A DNA stretch of 32,000 bases, taken from Cylindrospermopsis raciborskii Cr2010 (GTDB lineage: Bacteria; Cyanobacteriota; Cyanobacteriia; Cyanobacteriales; Nostocaceae). Under the pieces are notes generated by a model. It was not told the origin of the DNA. It saw nothing but the letters and a program-made list of their open reading frames with translations, and did no database searches. The stretch lies in NCBI RefSeq assembly GCF_003367075.2, contig NZ_CP065936.1:330001-362000 (forward strand), given 5' to 3'. The position numbers and the translations under genes are program-made. Below, piece by piece: positions 28,384-32,000 of the stretch (position 1 is the first letter of the stretch; each line of letters begins with the position of its first letter).

Positions 28384-28922
28384 GATATATTTAATTTTTG
28401 ACCAAATCGGTCACAAACCAAAATATCCCATTGTCCATCATTGGTGAACTCAAATGCAATTCTATTGCCATCAGCACTAATGGTGGGATTGCGGAATTGA
28501 GCTACTAAATTGGTGGTTAAGTTACGAGATTGGCGTGTTTCTCTATCATAAAGAAAAATGCCAGATTTTCCTTGACGACTAGCAGCAAAAACAACATAAC
28601 GACCATCCTGACTTACCGCAGGATGGTCAGCCATGGTGTCAAAGGTATTCAGTCCAGGTAAATCTACTAGACTCCTAGTAATTGTGTCAAATAAATACAC
28701 ATCTTGGCTACCCCCACGGTCAGTAACAAACACAATATATCTACCACTAATCTGTGGGTTAAACTCAGAAGCTAAACTGTTTAAACCACGACCACCAGAG
28801 TCAAAAGGATAACTTAATATTCGCGGGTAACCAAAACATCCAGCTAACAAACCTGAGATCAAAACCAAGCTCAAGAGTAAAATGGCAGATGACCTAGATA
28901 ACTTATGTAAATTATATAACAT
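28380..28922 (-). CDS. TolB-like PD40 beta-propeller-repeat lipoprotein (3 blades), copy B
   Basis: Lipobox LLAGC. Three PD40-type repeats (NPQISGRYIVFVTDRGGSQDVYLFD, HPAVSQDGRYVVFAASRQGKSGIFLYD, NPTISADGNRIAFEFTNDGQWDILVCD). ATG at 28922 removes the overlap with the upstream gene. Confidence 0.8.
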   Translation of the reverse strand: MLYNLHKLSRSSAILLLSLVLISGLLAGCFGYPRILSYPFDSGGRGLNSLASEFNPQISGRYIVFVTDRGGSQDVYLFDTITRSLVDLPGLNTFDTMADHPAVSQDGRYVVFAASRQGKSGIFLYDRETRQSRNLTTNLVAQFRNPTISADGNRIAFEFTNDGQWDILVCDRFGQKLNIS

Positions 28923-28935
28923 ACCACCCTTCAGA

Positions 28936-29448
28936 CTAATTTCCCACCGCCCTACCATTAGGAATATCTAACTCCACAGTTGGTCCACGATCTAAAACTT
29001 CAATATCCCATTGTCCACGACCAGCAGATTGGAAGACAATATAACGCCCATCAGGACTAATATCCGGATTTTTAATCCAACCCCCGTATGTGGGAGTTAA
29101 CACTTGTGACCGTTTTGTAACCCGGTCATAAAGAGCTATCACTGGTTTAGCGCGATCGCTTGTTAAATAGCAAATATAACGACCAGTGTAGCTAAGACTA
29201 GGATTTTCCACAATAGTTTCTCGTCGGTTTAAACCAGAAATGGGAGCAAAGCCTTGATTTTGCAAATCATAGACCAATAACTGCTGACTACCACTACGAT
29301 TAGAAACAAAAGCTAGAAACTTTCCATCACCACTCAAAGCAGGATCCTGTTCTGTATAGCGGGTATTGACCGAAAAAATATCCATCCTCACTTCACCAGT
29401 GCCACAAGAGACCAGTAAAATAGCCAGTGCCAAAATTAGGACTTGCAT
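28936..29448 (-). CDS. TolB-like PD40 beta-propeller-repeat lipoprotein (3 blades), copy A
   Basis: Signal peptide and lipobox MQVLILALAILLVSC. Three PD40-type repeats (DPALSGDGKFLAFVSNRSGSQQLLVYD, NPSLSYTGRYICYLTSDRAKPVIALYD, NPDISPDGRYIVFQSAGRGQWDIEVLD). Confidence 0.8.
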   Translation of the reverse strand: MQVLILALAILLVSCGTGEVRMDIFSVNTRYTEQDPALSGDGKFLAFVSNRSGSQQLLVYDLQNQGFAPISGLNRRETIVENPSLSYTGRYICYLTSDRAKPVIALYDRVTKRSQVLTPTYGGWIKNPDISPDGRYIVFQSAGRGQWDIEVLDRGPTVELDIPNGRAVGN

Positions 29449-29512
29449 GAAAAAGTGAGGAGGGGGAAAAAAGAACCGAATTAGATGCACAGCAGATTCA
29501 AATTACGCGTAA

Positions 29513-30403
29513 TTAACTAATATCATCCAAATCATCAGAATTATCTGGTTTTCGGGTTGGTGTTTCTATGGGATTATAGGGTACATAATCAGCATTAATG
29601 GGCTCATCAGACATAAAAGACTCCACGGGGGGACGACGCCTTCTTGGTCTGGTGGGGGGTTCATTCTGAGGAAATTCTGGAGATTGAGGTTTACGAGGAC
29701 GAGACGGTTTTCTGGTTTCTGAACGGGGAGATTCCCAGTCATCAACTGGTCTAGGAGGAGCGCCCCAATTTTCATCAGACTCATAACTATTAGGACGGTT
29801 TGAGGAGCTTCCATAACCAGTGCGGCCTTTTTTAGTTCGTGAATCTGGTTGTTCCCGACCACTACGACGTGGTGTCCTTTGGGGAGTGTCTTCGTAGTTC
29901 TCTTGACTGGGACGATCATCCCGACTACCGCGAATTCTAGGACGTTGGGGGGGTTCCACTTCTTCCTCTTCGTAGTATGGTAGTGGATCTAGATCTTCAT
30001 CTACTTCTGCTTGATAATTACGACGTTGAGAATAAGAATATTTTTTACTAACTTCCCGCTCATCATCTACAATGGGCGTATTACGTTTAGCTTGTTGAGT
30101 AGCAATACTCCTTAACCTAATACTTTCAACTGCAAAAAATACTGTAGAGCCAACCAACAGCAACTGGCCAAATTGCAAAATCGGGTCAAGTCGCCACCCT
30201 TGAAAGATAAGAATAAACCCGCACAATAGTCCAACAGCGGCGAAAAATATATCCTGATCCCGTGAAAGTTCGGGACGCACAGTACGTAGGAAATACAGTG
30301 CTGCTCCAGCTACTGCTAGAAAAATTCCCAGCACACTAGCTGAATTAGCCCCGAAATTTACCTGAGCTAGAAGACCAGTCCCATTGATCCCAAAATTTAT
30401 CAT
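29513..30403 (-). CDS. ycf66: Ycf66 family membrane protein with long disordered C-terminal extension
   Basis: MINFG...NSASVLGIFLAVAGAALYFLRTVRPELSRDQDIFFAAVGLLCGFILIFQGWRLDP is the Ycf66 signature. Start at ATG 30403; the track start at 30451 adds 16 non-conserved residues. Confidence 0.88.
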   Translation of the reverse strand: MINFGINGTGLLAQVNFGANSASVLGIFLAVAGAALYFLRTVRPELSRDQDIFFAAVGLLCGFILIFQGWRLDPILQFGQLLLVGSTVFFAVESIRLRSIATQQAKRNTPIVDDEREVSKKYSYSQRRNYQAEVDEDLDPLPYYEEEEVEPPQRPRIRGSRDDRPSQENYEDTPQRTPRRSGREQPDSRTKKGRTGYGSSSNRPNSYESDENWGAPPRPVDDWESPRSETRKPSRPRKPQSPEFPQNEPPTRPRRRRPPVESFMSDEPINADYVPYNPIETPTRKPDNSDDLDDIS

Positions 30404-30472
30404 TGCTCTTTTCCTTGTGATATCAATGACTGATGAGGGTTCATCAGTCATTAGTTAACCTGTCTACATTGT

Positions 30473-30592
30473 CTAATTGCGTTGGACCTTATCTTTTTGG
30501 CTGATAAAAATCAAACCTACGGTAGCAGGGATAACTACAATAGCAGTACCCCAAAGTAGACTCCAAAGGAAATTTGCTAAAGAGGGTGTCAT
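30473..30592 (-). CDS. psbX: photosystem II reaction centre protein X
   Basis: Hand translation gives MTPSLANFLWSLLWGTAIVVIPATVGLIFISQKDKVQRN (39 aa), the PsbX sequence pattern. Absent from the ORF track because of its length. Confidence 0.9.
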   Translation of the reverse strand: MTPSLANFLWSLLWGTAIVVIPATVGLIFISQKDKVQRN

Positions 30593-30681
30593 AATTCTTA
30601 ACCTGATTTTTTTACACAATTCATCCTGATTTTAGCAAAGAATGAACTCAATTGTGGTACTATTGGATTTAACTAATAGTC

Positions 30682-30990
30682 ATGACTAGTGTTATGAGTG
30701 GTGTTGACCTGATCTCCTGGACTGTTGGACCCCTTCTGGGTGTCATGACCTTTTTATTTATTTTCCGGATCATTTTGACTTGGTATCCCCAGGTGAGTCT
30801 TAAACAGTTACCGTTTAGTCTAATTGCCTGGCCAACCGAACCTTTTTTGATCCTACTCAGAAGAATTGTACCACCTCTTGGTGGTGTGGATATCACTCCC
30901 ATTATTTGGGTAGGTATCTTCAGCTTGGTAAGGGAGTTTTTACTAGGTCAGCAAGGATTACTGACCATGGCGGCACGATTAAATGGGTAG
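30682..30990 (+). CDS. YggT/Ycf19 family membrane protein
   Basis: FRIILTWYPQV and PPLGGVDITPIIW motifs typical of YggT. 102 aa with 2-3 TM segments. Confidence 0.85.
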   Translation: MTSVMSGVDLISWTVGPLLGVMTFLFIFRIILTWYPQVSLKQLPFSLIAWPTEPFLILLRRIVPPLGGVDITPIIWVGIFSLVREFLLGQQGLLTMAARLNG

Positions 30991-31006
30991 TTACTATCAA
31001 CAACAA

Positions 31007-32000
31007 CTAGGGAAGTTTCATATCCTGTATGAAACTGGTGTAAACCTGACCTTGTAAAAACTGTGGATGTTCCATAATCCTTTGATGAAATCCAATGGTT
31101 GTAGGTAATCCGGTAATTGCACATTCCCTTAGGGCCCGTTTCATACGATTAATAGCTGTATGGCGATCAGGTCCCCAGACGATTAATTTACCAATCAGGG
31201 AATCGTAGTAGGGAGGGATTTGGTAATCTGTGTAAACATGAGAATCAATTCTTACCCCTGGTCCTCCTGGTGGTAAGTAACCACTGATTTTACCAGGTGA
31301 TGGACGAAAGTCATGATCTGGGTCTTCAGCATTGATGCGACATTCGATAGCATGGCCTTGGAGGGTGACCTTATCCTGGTCAAATTTGAGTCTTTCACCT
31401 TGAGCAATACGAATTTGCTCCACCAGAAGATCCACACCGGTGACCATTTCAGTCACTGGGTGTTCTACTTGAATCCGGGTGTTCATTTCCATAAAGTAGA
31501 AATGATCTGACTTATCTAAGAGAAATTCAATGGTTCCAGCACCTGTGTAGTTGATAAACTGTGCTGCTTTTACAGCTGCATGTCCCATTTTTTCACGTAG
31601 ATCTTCATCTAGAGCAGGACTAGGAGCTTCTTCTAATAACTTTTGGTTACGACGCTGAATAGAACAGTCCCTTTCTCCTAAATGGATGACATTACCATAG
31701 TTATCCGCCAGGATTTGAAATTCGATGTGTCGGGGACGTTCGATAAATTTTTCTATATAGACACCAGCATTACCAAAAGCGGCGCCAGCTTCTCCTTGAG
31801 CTGCATGGAACAGCTTAATAAACTCATCTTCACTACGCACAAGACGCATACCCCTTCCACCACCTCCAGCAGTGGCCTTGATCATCACAGGGTAACCTAT
31901 CTGGTGAGCGATCGCCAGTCCTTGGGTTTCAGTTTCCACCAGTCCATCACTACCGGGAACTGTGGGAACTCCAGCCTTTTGCATGGTTTCCTTGGCTGTG
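31007..32000 (-). CDS. accC: acetyl-CoA carboxylase biotin carboxylase subunit (partial, 5' end beyond the window)
   Basis: ATP-grasp motifs KATAGGGGRGMR, EMNTRIQVEHPVTE, HAIECRINAEDP. The frame stays open upstream of the internal Met to the window edge (..TAKETMQKAG). Confidence 0.95.
   Translation of the reverse strand, partial: TAKETMQKAGVPTVPGSDGLVETETQGLAIAHQIGYPVMIKATAGGGGRGMRLVRSEDEFIKLFHAAQGEAGAAFGNAGVYIEKFIERPRHIEFQILADNYGNVIHLGERDCSIQRRNQKLLEEAPSPALDEDLREKMGHAAVKAAQFINYTGAGTIEFLLDKSDHFYFMEMNTRIQVEHPVTEMVTGVDLLVEQIRIAQGERLKFDQDKVTLQGHAIECRINAEDPDHDFRPSPGKISGYLPPGGPGVRIDSHVYTDYQIPPYYDSLIGKLIVWGPDRHTAINRMKRALRECAITGLPTTIGFHQRIMEHPQFLQGQVYTSFIQDMKLP

Noticed and set aside
29566-29919. 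117-aa minus-strand ORF overlapping ycf66 in another frame
   Set aside because: It is an artefact of the low-complexity, stop-poor Pro/Arg/Glu-rich region of ycf66. It has no independent start context or motif.

Overview
This window is a cyanobacterial chromosomal segment, probably from a filamentous Nostocales-type genome. The evidence is at least 11 copies of the HIP1 octamer GCGATCGC plus psbX, ycf66, a cyAbrB regulator, a cyanobacterial-type sdhB and an RRM-type Rbp. Most of it is ordinary housekeeping: obg, mnmG, cysE, hrcA, pyrH-frr, accC (partial) and a Cache/HAMP histidine kinase. The main finding is that the essential class II ribonucleotide reductase gene nrdJ is split by a 1,961-nt group II intron (5543..7503, minus strand). 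The intron RNA looks intact: 5' GUGUG, a textbook domain V, a domain VI with a bulged A, and an EBS1/IBS1 match. Its encoded protein, however, has lost the RT catalytic residues (YADD replaced by HGSE, RT motifs 1-2 deleted) while keeping the maturase X domain. Other items worth a second look: (1) an orphan 66-aa peptide gene with a double-glycine bacteriocin/RiPP-type leader and a His/Tyr/Trp/Cys-rich core, wedged between two alpha/beta hydrolase genes; (2) two diverged paralogues of a ~200-aa stand-alone PD-(D/E)xK nuclease-fold protein, one 12 nt downstream of a SAM methyltransferase; (3) two tandem lipoproteins with three PD40 (TolB-like) blades each, possibly a split six-bladed propeller; (4) a cyAbrB regulator with a poly-acidic tail, followed by an ~800-bp non-coding spacer before sdhB; (5) psbX, which falls below the ORF-track length cutoff. 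I found no tRNA, rRNA, CRISPR array, transposase or recognisable defence system. All family assignments come from reading motifs by eye, not from database searches.
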